Of a DNA stretch of 64,000 bases, positions 29,346-38,400 are shown piece after piece. Below the pieces are notes generated by a model, which did no database searches, was not told the origin of the DNA, and was given only the letters and a program-made list of their open reading frames with translations. The stretch's first letter is position 1; every line of letters starts with the position of its first letter. A program made the translations under genes and the position numbers. Source of the DNA: a virus (lineage: Duplodnaviria; Caudoviricetes); the IMG/VR virus record IMGVR_UViG_3300006169_000026, positions 2,697 through 66,696 of that record, one strand, 5' to 3'.

Positions 29346-30920
29346 TCAGACAGGATACACGGCGGCCTTGCCGCAGACCAGCAGCGTCGGGCCCGCGATG
29401 GGATCGGCTGGCAGCGCTGGCGTCGAGACGCTGATTGACGCGAGCTGTGCGTCCGCCACCGTCGCGCCGAGGGCTTCGCTCAGATACCCGGTGATGGCCT
29501 GCCCTGCCCGCGCCGGCTTCTCTTCGCTCGGCACCGGGTTGCGGAACGCGCGCGCATAGCGCTCGTCGGCGCTCGCGACCACCTCGCCCGTCCCGAGTGT
29601 GTCGAAGTACGCGGTGATGCCCTCGGCGATCGTCGCCCGCCGGCCAGCGTCTGGGCTGATCCACGTGCCGAGCGCGAGCGTGAACGACGGCGCCTGCGTG
29701 AGCTGGACGCGGTAAACGCCCCCGCCGAGATCGGTGATGGTGCTCACCTCGAGCCGTTCAAACGCGCTCAGCGTCGCGTTCCACGCCATCAGGTGGACCT
29801 CGGTCGACGAGCTCGCAGCGAGCGGCAACTGCCCCGCCCCGCCCGTGGTGATCCGGAAATCAGTCTGGTTCGTGAGCAGCGTGATGGCGATCGCGGCGGT
29901 CCCGTTGATCGGGGGGAACGGCTCCAGGTCAGTCCAGCCGGAAGCCGAGTTCACCGGCTGCGCCAGCTGGAGCGCGACGTCGCTCGCCTGCGCCACCGGC
30001 GGGAGCACGACCAGGTGTTGGTTGCCCGGCAGCGTGCTCGACCCGGGCGGCACGAGCGCGCTCTTCACGGCCTCGAGCACCGAGACCGAGGGCAGCCGCG
30101 CGAGCGGCCCGCGCACGGCGCCGCGCTTCTGGACGATGGCAACCAGCGTCGAGCCCGAGTGGAAGGCGCAGCAGTACACGAAAGCGTCCTCGACGCTCAC
30201 GCTCGCCTCTCGGGCGAAGCTCCGGATCTGCGCCCAGTTCCCCGCCCCGGGCTTGTGCCGCTGCTCGGAGATCAGCCGCTGCCCGAAGTCCTCGTCGGTC
30301 TCGGCATCCAGCCCCCCGGAGAAATCCGCCGTGATGACCTCAGCGACTGGCTGCGATCCCGCCGGCGCGTTCGACCAGGTGATCTCGGTGCCCACGACGA
30401 TGTTGGTCTCGTCGCCTCCGTCGAGCGCGATGAGCGTGAGCTCAGCCTCCCCGTCCTCGTCGGCCGTGCCCGAAGCGATGACCTGGTAGCGGCGCTGGGC
30501 GGGGTCGCGGCCGTAGACCGCAAACGGATCGCGGAGCACGGTCGAGCCCACCCAAACGGTACCGGGGTTGCCGCGCGCGAGCACCACGCCGGAGCCGCCG
30601 AACGCCGGCAGATACTCGGTATCCCAGAGCTCGGCGTGGTACGTACGGAGAAAGCTCGAGTGCGCGCGGTCCGCGCGGATCTGCTGAGCGAGGAACTCAG
30701 CCCGCTTCTGATGGGTGAGCAGCACGACGTCGACCGAGTCGTATTCGCGGAACCACCATGAGCCTTTCGCCGTCGAGATGCGCAGCTCGTCCTCGGTGAT
30801 CACCGCGCCGGTGTCCGGGTTGATGGCCCCGCGGAGACCCTCGCGCATGTCCGCGAGCATGTCCTCCCGCACTTCCCCGCGGCGGCGGACCGCCCACTCT
30901 CTCTCGGCTGGCGTCGGCAC
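29346..30920 (-). CDS. Baseplate J-like wedge protein (Mu gp47)
   Basis: 524 aa; ALDGGDETN, SGGLDAETDEDFGQRL, KPGAGN motifs. Confidence 0.85.
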   Translation of the reverse strand: MPTPAEREWAVRRRGEVREDMLADMREGLRGAINPDTGAVITEDELRISTAKGSWWFREYDSVDVVLLTHQKRAEFLAQQIRADRAHSSFLRTYHAELWDTEYLPAFGGSGVVLARGNPGTVWVGSTVLRDPFAVYGRDPAQRRYQVIASGTADEDGEAELTLIALDGGDETNIVVGTEITWSNAPAGSQPVAEVITADFSGGLDAETDEDFGQRLISEQRHKPGAGNWAQIRSFAREASVSVEDAFVYCCAFHSGSTLVAIVQKRGAVRGPLARLPSVSVLEAVKSALVPPGSSTLPGNQHLVVLPPVAQASDVALQLAQPVNSASGWTDLEPFPPINGTAAIAITLLTNQTDFRITTGGAGQLPLAASSSTEVHLMAWNATLSAFERLEVSTITDLGGGVYRVQLTQAPSFTLALGTWISPDAGRRATIAEGITAYFDTLGTGEVVASADERYARAFRNPVPSEEKPARAGQAITGYLSEALGATVADAQLASISVSTPALPADPIAGPTLLVCGKAAVYPV

Positions 30921-30937
30921 GCCTCGATTCTACCGGC

Positions 30938-31384
30938 TCACAGCGTGAAGGCCAACCGCCCGAGTGGTTTGCTGCTCGGCGCGAGCCGGTCGCGGTACTC
31001 GAGCACGACGTTCACCTGAGCCGAGTCGCCGTCGTCCACGCTCGCTGTCACCCGCTCGAGCCGCACGGCGCCGCTGGCTTCGCCCGCGGCGAAGGCCTCC
31101 CGGCTCGTGCTCTCGACGAGCTCGGCGATGCCGTCTTCGACGTTCCGGATCTCGCGGTAGCGGTGCCCGAGGTCGCGCACGCTCGCGCCCGAGCCGCGCT
31201 CGATGCGGATGGCTTCGATGGCCATCGAGTCCGCGACAGGCCGGCTCCGGACCAGGCTCTCGATTTCGCCCGTCGTGGGGTTGATCCACGGGGCGAGAAT
31301 CGCGGGCGGCTTCGGCTGCTCGGCGACGCCTTCGACATCGAACGCGGAAGCGGGGCTCACCCCGCCGGGCGGTAGATACGGCAT
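30938..31384 (-). CDS. Baseplate wedge protein (Mu gp46/gp25-like)
   Basis: 148 aa directly upstream of the J-like gene. Confidence 0.6.
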   Translation of the reverse strand: MPYLPPGGVSPASAFDVEGVAEQPKPPAILAPWINPTTGEIESLVRSRPVADSMAIEAIRIERGSGASVRDLGHRYREIRNVEDGIAELVESTSREAFAAGEASGAVRLERVTASVDDGDSAQVNVVLEYRDRLAPSSKPLGRLAFTL

Positions 31385-31407
31385 GCTGCGAGTGTAGCGC
31401 GCGCCGG

Positions 31408-31423
31408 CGTTTCACGTGAAGCG
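31408..31423. promoter_or_regulatory. parS-like palindrome CGTTTCACGTGAAGCG
   Basis: 13/16 match to chromosomal parS consensus TGTTTCACGTGAAACA; about 115 bp upstream of parA. Confidence 0.45.
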
Positions 31424-31539
31424 CGTCCAAATGGTTGCGCCGTGCATCCGTCCTGATGTACGGATGGCCGCGGCGTCCGTTCGTGCAACCGTACGGCGCC
31501 GAGCCCTCCCCCCTCAGAAACCCAAAGGAATCCCTCGCC

Positions 31540-32283
31540 ATGCTGGCGATTGCCGTCGTGCATTTGAAGGGCGGCAGCGGGAAGTCGACCCTCACGGTCA
31601 ACCTCGCTGCGGCCGCTCATCTCCACCGCCTGCGCACCATCGTGCTCGACCTCGACACGCAGGCGACCGCGCTCTCGTGGTCGTCCGCCCGCCGCGAAGG
31701 CTCGAAGCTCGAGGGGATCGCGGTCTCGCTCGCGGTCAAGAAAAGCGACACGAAGGTCGCCCTCCCCCGCCTGCGCGAGCTGAGCACCGGCTTCGACGTG
31801 GCCATTCTCGATGGCCCCGCGCGTGAGCCTGGCATCACCTTGAGTGCGGCAGTCTTCGCTGACGTCGCGCTGATCCCGATCGTGCCCGGCCCCGGCGACT
31901 TCTGGGCATTCGAGCCGACGCGAGACGCGCTCGACACCGCCGACGAGTTACGCGCCGAGCTCGGCCGTCCGCCGGTGCGGCGCTGCTTCGTGGTCAACGC
32001 CGCGCGCATCGGCACGACGCTGGCGCGCGACGCCCAGGCGGAGATCGAAGCCAACCTCGGCGAGTACGTCGGCACCGTTCACCATCGCGTTTCCCTCCCC
32101 CTGGCGGTCAACCGCGGCGAGAGCGTCTTTACGACGCCAGCCTCGGTCGAGGCCGCTCACGAAATCGAGCGCCTCTGGCGCGCACTGAAAGGCACCCCCG
32201 CCCATGGCTCTAAGCTCAAAGAATCCAACCAAGCAACGCCGCGCCGAGCAGCTCGACGAGGACGAGTCGCGGTTCGTGGCTGA
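31540..32283 (+). CDS. parA: ParA-family partition ATPase (type Ib)
   Basis: Deviant Walker A HLKGGSGKST, VLDLDTQ, ILDGP, ALIPIVP. Confidence 0.9.
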   Translation: MLAIAVVHLKGGSGKSTLTVNLAAAAHLHRLRTIVLDLDTQATALSWSSARREGSKLEGIAVSLAVKKSDTKVALPRLRELSTGFDVAILDGPAREPGITLSAAVFADVALIPIVPGPGDFWAFEPTRDALDTADELRAELGRPPVRRCFVVNAARIGTTLARDAQAEIEANLGEYVGTVHHRVSLPLAVNRGESVFTTPASVEAAHEIERLWRALKGTPAHGSKLKESNQATPRRAARRGRVAVRG

Positions 32284-32392
32284 CATCCCGAAGCGCCTGC
32301 ACCGGGCCATCCGGGTGAAGTGCGCCGAGCTCGGCATCGATCAGAAGACGTTCTTCCTGAAGATGCTCGAAGAGCACCACGGGATCCAATGA
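32204..32392 (+). CDS. ParG-like ribbon-helix-helix partition protein
   Basis: 62 aa, RFVADIP-KRLHRAIRVKCAELG-IDQKTFFLKMLEE; overlaps the parA 3' end. Confidence 0.75.
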   Translation: MALSSKNPTKQRRAEQLDEDESRFVADIPKRLHRAIRVKCAELGIDQKTFFLKMLEEHHGIQ

Positions 32393-32528
32393 TCGAGTGG
32401 ACGGGCGTCCAGAAGAACGTCCGTCCAAATGCACCACCGCCCCCGAAAGCCGGGCCAGACGCAGGGACCGAGACCAATCAGTCGAACCACGTGAGGCTCA
32501 GCGTTCGGGGGCGGTGGGAGCGAACCTA

Positions 32529-32852
32529 TCAGATTCCGTCGCGCTGCACGAGCGGCCAGTACTTTGCGCGGTGCGACCAATCCATCGCCCACGCGATCAA
32601 CTCGCGCGCAAACGGCCGGCACTGCGGCTGCATCGCCGGCAGCAGCGCCCGGACCGCGGTGAGCGCAGCTCGCTCGGCGTCGTCGTCGCCCGAGAGCAAG
32701 TGCCAGCACGCGGCGATCGCTTCGAGCGCGTATCGGTCCTGCCCGGTGAGCGCGCCGAGCGATGGCAACGGGTGAGCCGGCGCGCCCGGGCGCTTCAAGT
32801 AGGTCCCTTCTTTGATGACCGAGCGGAGCCACGGGATCGGCTTCTGGCTCAT
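32529..32852 (-). CDS. Hypothetical protein
   Basis: MSQKPIPWL..., ATGA-type overlap. Confidence 0.55.
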   Translation of the reverse strand: MSQKPIPWLRSVIKEGTYLKRPGAPAHPLPSLGALTGQDRYALEAIAACWHLLSGDDDAERAALTAVRALLPAMQPQCRPFARELIAWAMDWSHRAKYWPLVQRDGI

Positions 32853-33388
32853 GCGCCCCCCAAGGCTTGCTCGAAGGCATGGCAATAATCGCAATCGCAA
32901 CCCGTTGCCCGATAGTCGGGCCCCGGATCTGCACCGGCGATCTCTGCCGCACGAAGCGCGCCATGCTCGCGCCCGAGAGCACCGAGCGCCGCGCGCTGGT
33001 GCGGAAGCGGCGGGTCGCGCGACACGCGCAACTCCGACCGGAGCCGCGTCGCGCCCTCGGGTGATTGGATCACGATATCGGGCACGCCCTCGCGGGCGAG
33101 CTTCGAGAGTTGAGCGCGCGCTACCGCGAGCGACTCGCAGAGCGCGGTCACGCATTGCACGAGCGCGCTCTCGCGCGAGAGCCCGCCGTACGCCGCGGTC
33201 GCGAAGCACGCATGGACGACCGGGTCGCTCACGTAGAGCTCCCGGAGCTTCTCGGGCACGAGCTCGCGGAGACGGTCGCGCGCCGTCGACAACGGGCGCT
33301 CGCACCAGATGCACCGCCCGTCGCTCACGCGCGGCATACACGGCCCGGCCGCGCCCGGGTGCGAGCACGCGGCGGCGGTGTCAGCCAC
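32849..33388 (-). CDS. Hypothetical Cys-rich protein
   Basis: 179 aa, CIWC and CDCDYC; coupled in the operon. Confidence 0.55.
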   Translation of the reverse strand: MADTAAACSHPGAAGPCMPRVSDGRCIWCERPLSTARDRLRELVPEKLRELYVSDPVVHACFATAAYGGLSRESALVQCVTALCESLAVARAQLSKLAREGVPDIVIQSPEGATRLRSELRVSRDPPLPHQRAALGALGREHGALRAAEIAGADPGPDYRATGCDCDYCHAFEQALGGA

Positions 33389-34136
33389 CGTCGCGCTCCT
33401 CTTCGGCGAGCTTGGCGAGCCGAGCCATCTCGCCGATCGTGTCGCGGTCCGCGTCGCGGAGCGCGGCTTGCACCGCGTCCCGCGTCATACCCGTTGCGAG
33501 ATTCACGATGGCGTGGTGCCGGCACATCCGCGCGCCGTCGGCGAGCGTGACCTCGGCTTCCGAATCGCAGTCGACGTAGCCGCACACCGAGTCCGGCACC
33601 GTCGGGAGAAGCTCTTCGCACAGGGCAGGGAAGGCGTCCTTGATCCGATCCGTGAGCGTCACGAGCGCGCGGCTCGGCACCGTCGACCAACGGCTCGCCG
33701 CGCCCTGGCGGCGCCACGCGAGCACGGCTTGTAGGAGCGCCCGCGTGTGCGGCTCGGGCAGGGTGAAGTGATCCCGGTCCGCTCGCGGGCGCGCGTACGG
33801 GTAACTCGTCGGCGGCACCCCGCCGTCGTACGTGATCATGGCGTCGCACACATCGTCGATGACCTGCGCGCCGCAGCCTTCCTGCTCGCCCCACTCCAGC
33901 GCGAGCCGGCGCGTCTTCGAGAGCAAGTCGTCGAGCTTCGTCCGTTTGGTCGCTTCGTCCGTTTGCACGGCTGGACGTTTGGACGATTGGTAGAGCGGTG
34001 AGGTCAAGCACCGCACGCAGTTGATCTCGGAAGCGTCGCTCGTGATCTTCTCGCGGACGTCCGCGAGATAGCCGACGGGCTCGTTGCAAAGCGTCGTGTG
34101 TTGGCTTCCCGGTGCGTACCCGTGTGTCGTCGTCAT
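33381..34136 (-). CDS. Hypothetical protein
   Basis: 251 aa, starts 3 nt after the upstream stop. Confidence 0.55.
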   Translation of the reverse strand: MTTTHGYAPGSQHTTLCNEPVGYLADVREKITSDASEINCVRCLTSPLYQSSKRPAVQTDEATKRTKLDDLLSKTRRLALEWGEQEGCGAQVIDDVCDAMITYDGGVPPTSYPYARPRADRDHFTLPEPHTRALLQAVLAWRRQGAASRWSTVPSRALVTLTDRIKDAFPALCEELLPTVPDSVCGYVDCDSEAEVTLADGARMCRHHAIVNLATGMTRDAVQAALRDADRDTIGEMARLAKLAEEERDGG

Positions 34137-34139
34137 CGC

Positions 34140-35378
34140 TCAGCCCTCCTCGCCCGGCTGGCGCTCGCGCGGGAGGAACGTGTGCTCGGGCTGCTCGGGC
34201 GGCGGGAGGTCATCGGGCGTCTTCGAGAACGCGACAGCCCAGACGTGCGCCGAGCGCCGGTGCTCGGGCGACCACGCCTCGACGATGGCGCGCGCTGCTG
34301 CGCCCGTGAGTTGCGCCCACGACTCGTCGGCGTCGACCAGCGCATCGACGACCTGGTTGACCGTGAGCGTGTCGTTTGCCGGGGGAGGGGGCTCGCTCTT
34401 CGCTGCGCGCGCAGCCTTGTCGGCCTTGTGCTTGGCGGCCATCTCTTCGACCGCCGCGCCCGTCGAGCGCGGCGTGCCGGCGGTCTGCTCCTGCTTCGGC
34501 TTCAGATCGAAGATGGCCTCGATGGTCGTCTCGCCATCGCGGATCGCGTTGGCCCACCCGATGCAAAGCTCGAGGTGCTCGGGCTCGAATGCGTTGGGGC
34601 CGGAGATACCGAGCCGCGCGAAGAAGCGCTCGGCGTCGATCCCCTGGTCGTTGACGAACCAACTGATGGCACGGTCGCGCTTCTGGTTGAAGGTGTTATC
34701 GACGCGCCCCGTGGCCTTGTCCGTGGCGGCGCCGTAGATGACATCGATCAGCGCCTTCGGGATCGTCCGAAAGATCGCGTTGCGCAAAGCAATCGAGATG
34801 CCCGCCTGCTGCGTCACGCGGATCATGTCTTCGCTAAACCGGAAGCCAGCGCCGCGGCGCCCGTCGCTGCCCTTCGGCGACGACCAGATGCCGCGCTTCA
34901 CTTCGACGGACACCTGGTTATTCGTCTCCAGATCCCAGCTGATGCCCTGCGCGGTGATGTCCTTCTCGGCCACGTCGATGATGCGCGAGCCGAGCCGCAG
35001 GTTGCGCCAGTTGTTGGCGGCCATCTCGGCGAGCCGAATGCTCGGGCCTTTGATGTCCTTCTGGACACCGTTCTCGTAGCGCGGGAGCGCGTAGATGCAG
35101 CTCTTCGCGGTGACCTCGCTCATGGTGCAGAGCGCGATCGCGTTCTCCAGGAAGACCGGGATCTTGCGGGGGTACTTGTGCGCGGCGTCGAGCTGCATCA
35201 TCACCTCGCTCTTCGTGATGGACTCGAGCGCGACCGAATCCATCGACACGACTTCGACCTTCGCTTCGGCTTTCCCGAAGACTTCGTCGAAGCGGTCATC
35301 GGCGGAGCGCTGGCGCGGCGGGCGGTGCTCGCGCTGGGAGGGCTGCTGCTGCGGCTGGCGTCGTTGCTGCTGTGCCAT
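34140..35378 (-). CDS. Conserved phage protein, probable single-strand annealing/recombination partner of the YqaJ exonuclease
   Basis: QLDAAHKYPR...CIYALPR...IKGPSIRLAE motif; Gln-rich N-terminus; same operon as YqaJ. Confidence 0.55.
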   Translation of the reverse strand: MAQQQRRQPQQQPSQREHRPPRQRSADDRFDEVFGKAEAKVEVVSMDSVALESITKSEVMMQLDAAHKYPRKIPVFLENAIALCTMSEVTAKSCIYALPRYENGVQKDIKGPSIRLAEMAANNWRNLRLGSRIIDVAEKDITAQGISWDLETNNQVSVEVKRGIWSSPKGSDGRRGAGFRFSEDMIRVTQQAGISIALRNAIFRTIPKALIDVIYGAATDKATGRVDNTFNQKRDRAISWFVNDQGIDAERFFARLGISGPNAFEPEHLELCIGWANAIRDGETTIEAIFDLKPKQEQTAGTPRSTGAAVEEMAAKHKADKAARAAKSEPPPPANDTLTVNQVVDALVDADESWAQLTGAAARAIVEAWSPEHRRSAHVWAVAFSKTPDDLPPPEQPEHTFLPRERQPGEEG

Positions 35379-35433
35379 GAGGGCAATCCTTTCGGTGAGG
35401 GTGGACCGCTCCCATCATGGCGCGAAATGGATC

Positions 35434-35490
35434 GCGGCCGCGTGGGGTTTGGTCTCGGTCGCTCCGATCTTACCAAATCCACGCGGCCGC
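35434..35490. promoter_or_regulatory. Long intergenic stem-loop
   Basis: GCGGCCGCGTGG-GG-TTTGGT ... ACCAAA-T-CCACGCGGCCGC. Confidence 0.6.
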
Positions 35491-35528
35491 CGCCCTGTCG
35501 AACTCGCGCATCCCGCGCGGAAACTGGG

Positions 35529-36119
35529 CTAGTTCGGCACGATTATCGGGCTCGCCGAAGCCCCCCGGGCGAGCGCTTTCACGGCGGGTCGAGCGCGCTT
35601 CGGCGCCCGTGCGATGGGCTCCGGCGGGGCGAGCGGGTCTTCGTCATAGCGCCAAACGTCGAAGCCGACGCCGAAGCCGAAGCACGAGAGCATACAGTCT
35701 TTCGGGTACGGGTCGTCGGCGCCGACGAAGTGAAGCCGCGGCGAGAGCGCGAGCACGAGCGCCCGGCGGTGCACGGTGCGCTGGAACCATTCGCTCCCGA
35801 CGCTCGCGGGCGTGAGCATCAAGAGCCGGATCCAGGGCAGCCGGCGACGCCAACGCGCGACGAGCGGCGCCCACAGGTGCCCGAGCGTGCTGAACTCCGG
35901 GTTGAGAAACAAGAGATCGCGCGGCGTGAAGCGGGCCGCCCAGTCGTCGGCGAAAGCGTCGATCCCGCCCGCCGAGTAGAAGCCGCTCTCGACGAGGGTG
36001 TTGCTCGCGTCGGCGGCGACATCCCAAGTCACGGGCCCGAAGCGCCGCTCGACGGCGGCGAAGAACTCGGGCGGTGTCCCGTAGTCCTGCTTCGACCGGT
36101 GCGGCTTCTGCCTTGGCAT
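35529..36119 (-). CDS. Phage DNA N6-adenine methyltransferase (Dam/T1-like family)
   Basis: QDYGTPPEFF...WDVAAD...LFLNPEF...TPASVGSEWF...PRLHF. Confidence 0.75.
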   Translation of the reverse strand: MPRQKPHRSKQDYGTPPEFFAAVERRFGPVTWDVAADASNTLVESGFYSAGGIDAFADDWAARFTPRDLLFLNPEFSTLGHLWAPLVARWRRRLPWIRLLMLTPASVGSEWFQRTVHRRALVLALSPRLHFVGADDPYPKDCMLSCFGFGVGFDVWRYDEDPLAPPEPIARAPKRARPAVKALARGASASPIIVPN

Positions 36120-36130
36120 CTTGCCCACGG

Positions 36131-36451
36131 TTACGCGGTCTCCCCGGTGGCGCGCCGACGGGTGGCGATCCAGTGCTGCACCTGGTCCGGCGAGCCCCAC
36201 GCCGCGGCGGGCACGTCCTCGTGCAGCCACTGGACGACGGCGAGCAGGGCGGGGAGGTCGTCTTTGAAGATGAGCACGACGTCGAGCCGCCCTTCGAGCA
36301 CGCGCTTCAGCGTGAAGCCGGGCTCTAGCCCGAGCTCGATGTAACGCCGGAGCGCCGGGCGCACGTGCACGGGCAGGCGCGAGTAGTCGAGGCTCTCGCC
36401 GCGCTGCTCGATGAGACCCTGAACGTCGATGGTCGTGGGTGGTCGGTTCAT
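36131..36451 (-). CDS. Hypothetical protein
   Basis: MNRPPTT..., AAWGSPDQVQHW conserved-looking end; ATGA overlap. Confidence 0.55.
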   Translation of the reverse strand: MNRPPTTIDVQGLIEQRGESLDYSRLPVHVRPALRRYIELGLEPGFTLKRVLEGRLDVVLIFKDDLPALLAVVQWLHEDVPAAAWGSPDQVQHWIATRRRATGETA

Positions 36452-37566
36452 TCGGCGGCTCCCCTGTTGTCGTCGTTGGATGGGTCGGGCGAGCCGACCA
36501 GTGATTCGCTGAGCTGGCTCACGAGCAGCCCGTCCGCGGCTTCGGTGAGCGACGCTGGAAGCTCGCGCACCGCGACCACGGTCGGCAGCGGCTTGCCCTT
36601 CCGCGGCTCGCGCAGCGTGTACGTGCGATATGGCTCGACCTTCCGCAGCTCGCCGCCGCAGTGCTTGCACGTATCCGTGCGCGCCTTGTACGCGGCCGAG
36701 CCCCAATAGCGCCCGTCGTCGAGCAGCGCATATTTGCTCGAGCGCATCGTCGCGACGAAGGCATTTTTGATGAGCCCCTGCCGGGCTTCGAGCAGCTCGA
36801 TGGAAGCGCGCACCCGCTCGTATTCCTGCGCGAGCTCGACCGCGGTCTTACCAGGGATCGCGATTGTTTCGAGGTCCTCGCCCGGGAACAGGGCGCGGAG
36901 CGCGAGCAGGCTCGACTCGCTCCCGTCCGGATCCGGCGGGGCGCGCCGCTGCACGCGCGACCAGAAGTCGTCGACCTGGTCGACCAGGAACTCCTGCACG
37001 GCCGGGCTCGCCATAACGTCGCGCCACTGCAGCCGGCGCTCTGGGAACGGCAGCCACACGCACGTGGCCCACTCGGCTCCCGTGACCCAAAGCTCCCACT
37101 GGATCTGGACGAAGACCTCGGGCGGGATGTCTTCCCGGTAGCGGTGGCCGAGCTCGGTGGTCTTCACCTCGATAACGCCGGGGCCTTTTGCGCCAGCGGG
37201 GGGGCGCGTGAACTGGGCGCCGTCGAGCGTGATGAGGTGGTGCTCCGCGCGCTTCGAGCGCAGGAGCTTGCCGCCGTGCACGACGCGGCGCTTCGCGCGC
37301 TGCCCGTACGTGCGAACGATGCTGGGCTCGAAGAGCCGGCCCCACTCGGCTTTCTCGCTCTGCTCGTCCGTCGGCGGCGCTGCGCTGGTCTTCTCGACGT
37401 AGACCGCGAGCGCGCTCGAGTATTTATCGAGCCCCACGATCGCGGCGACGTCGCTGCCGCCGATGCCCGCGCGTCGTGAAACCAGCCATTTTTCCCTGTC
37501 CGTAGAGCTTGCGCCGGTCCACACGCAGTGGTCCGCGAAAGCAGAGACGGCGCCTCGTCCTGCCAT
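36448..37566 (-). CDS. YqaJ/lambda-type exonuclease
   Basis: WLVSRRAGIGGSDVAAIVG, LITLDG, IEVKT, QIQWEL motifs; start could be 37683. Confidence 0.9.
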   Translation of the reverse strand: MAGRGAVSAFADHCVWTGASSTDREKWLVSRRAGIGGSDVAAIVGLDKYSSALAVYVEKTSAAPPTDEQSEKAEWGRLFEPSIVRTYGQRAKRRVVHGGKLLRSKRAEHHLITLDGAQFTRPPAGAKGPGVIEVKTTELGHRYREDIPPEVFVQIQWELWVTGAEWATCVWLPFPERRLQWRDVMASPAVQEFLVDQVDDFWSRVQRRAPPDPDGSESSLLALRALFPGEDLETIAIPGKTAVELAQEYERVRASIELLEARQGLIKNAFVATMRSSKYALLDDGRYWGSAAYKARTDTCKHCGGELRKVEPYRTYTLREPRKGKPLPTVVAVRELPASLTEAADGLLVSQLSESLVGSPDPSNDDNRGAAE

Positions 37567-37674
37567 GGTCGTTGCCTCGCTGTTGCGATGGCGAGCCCCA
37601 CTCATGACTCGCGTTGTGTATCCGATCTCGTCGAGCAGTTGGAAGACACCGCGAGGGGTGATGCGTACGAATTG

Positions 37675-37690
37675 CTGATCCATGGATCAG
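37675..37690. promoter_or_regulatory. Perfect 16-bp palindrome CTGATCCATGGATCAG (candidate operator)
   Basis: Read directly; lies in the divergent control region. Confidence 0.5.
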
Positions 37691-38020
37691 ATTTGGACCT
37701 GCACGAGTGAGCGCGTGAGTGGTGCGCGCACATCGTCGCCCGGTTGGGTTGCTTCGATGAAATGCCTGAAATGCTGCGGGATCGTTCTTCCGCCTGCTGC
37801 GATGGCTCGCAGCGTAGCGAGCACTTCTGGTCGCGCCATCACGCGCGAGAGAAAAGTCTCGCAGACCATGGATCGGTCCTGTACCTTGTGCCGTTAGGGC
37901 GCGGTTCTGTAATGGTCGGGCACGACGCGGCGGCTCCGGTGAGCGCGCTGGCGCCGGGTCCGCGCCGGGTCCGCGCTCATCGGCGCGGCATGCCCGCATC
38001 ACGAATAGAGGGAAAATCCC

Positions 38021-38377
38021 GTGGCAATGAAGATCCTCCGCATCCACCTGGAGAAGTGGCACGAGCGCATCGTCGACACGATTGCCGAGCGCGACAACGT
38101 CGGCAAAGCCGAAGCGATCCGCCGGATGATAGCGAACCACGACATCGAGAAAGATCTCGCGCTCGCCGATGGGCAGCGGCACCCGAAGCGTTGCACCGGC
38201 ATCCACCTGGACGAGCGGCACTTCGCTGTCATCGAGACCATCTCGCGGCGCTACGGCATCAGCAAGGGCGAGGCCGCGCGCCGCATCATCGGCTGCTATC
38301 AGGTGGTGTTGCAGGCGCCGCCGCCACCGCCACCGCTATCGGTGACACTCACGATGGGAGCGGCCGCGGCGCACTGA
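38021..38377 (+). CDS. Tandem ribbon-helix-helix (CopG/Arc-like) regulator
   Basis: Two internal repeats: LRIHLEKWHERIVDTIAERDNVGKAEAIRRMI and TGIHLDERHFAVIETISRRYGISKGEAARRII. Confidence 0.7.
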   Translation: MAMKILRIHLEKWHERIVDTIAERDNVGKAEAIRRMIANHDIEKDLALADGQRHPKRCTGIHLDERHFAVIETISRRYGISKGEAARRIIGCYQVVLQAPPPPPPLSVTLTMGAAAAH

Positions 38378-38400
38378 GCGCGAGCAGGAAGGGACGCCCC

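Noticed and set aside
37687-37869. 60-aa leftward ORF in the switch region as a cro-like gene
   Set aside because: No HTH or RHH pattern and no clear ribosome-binding site; may be real but cannot be supported.
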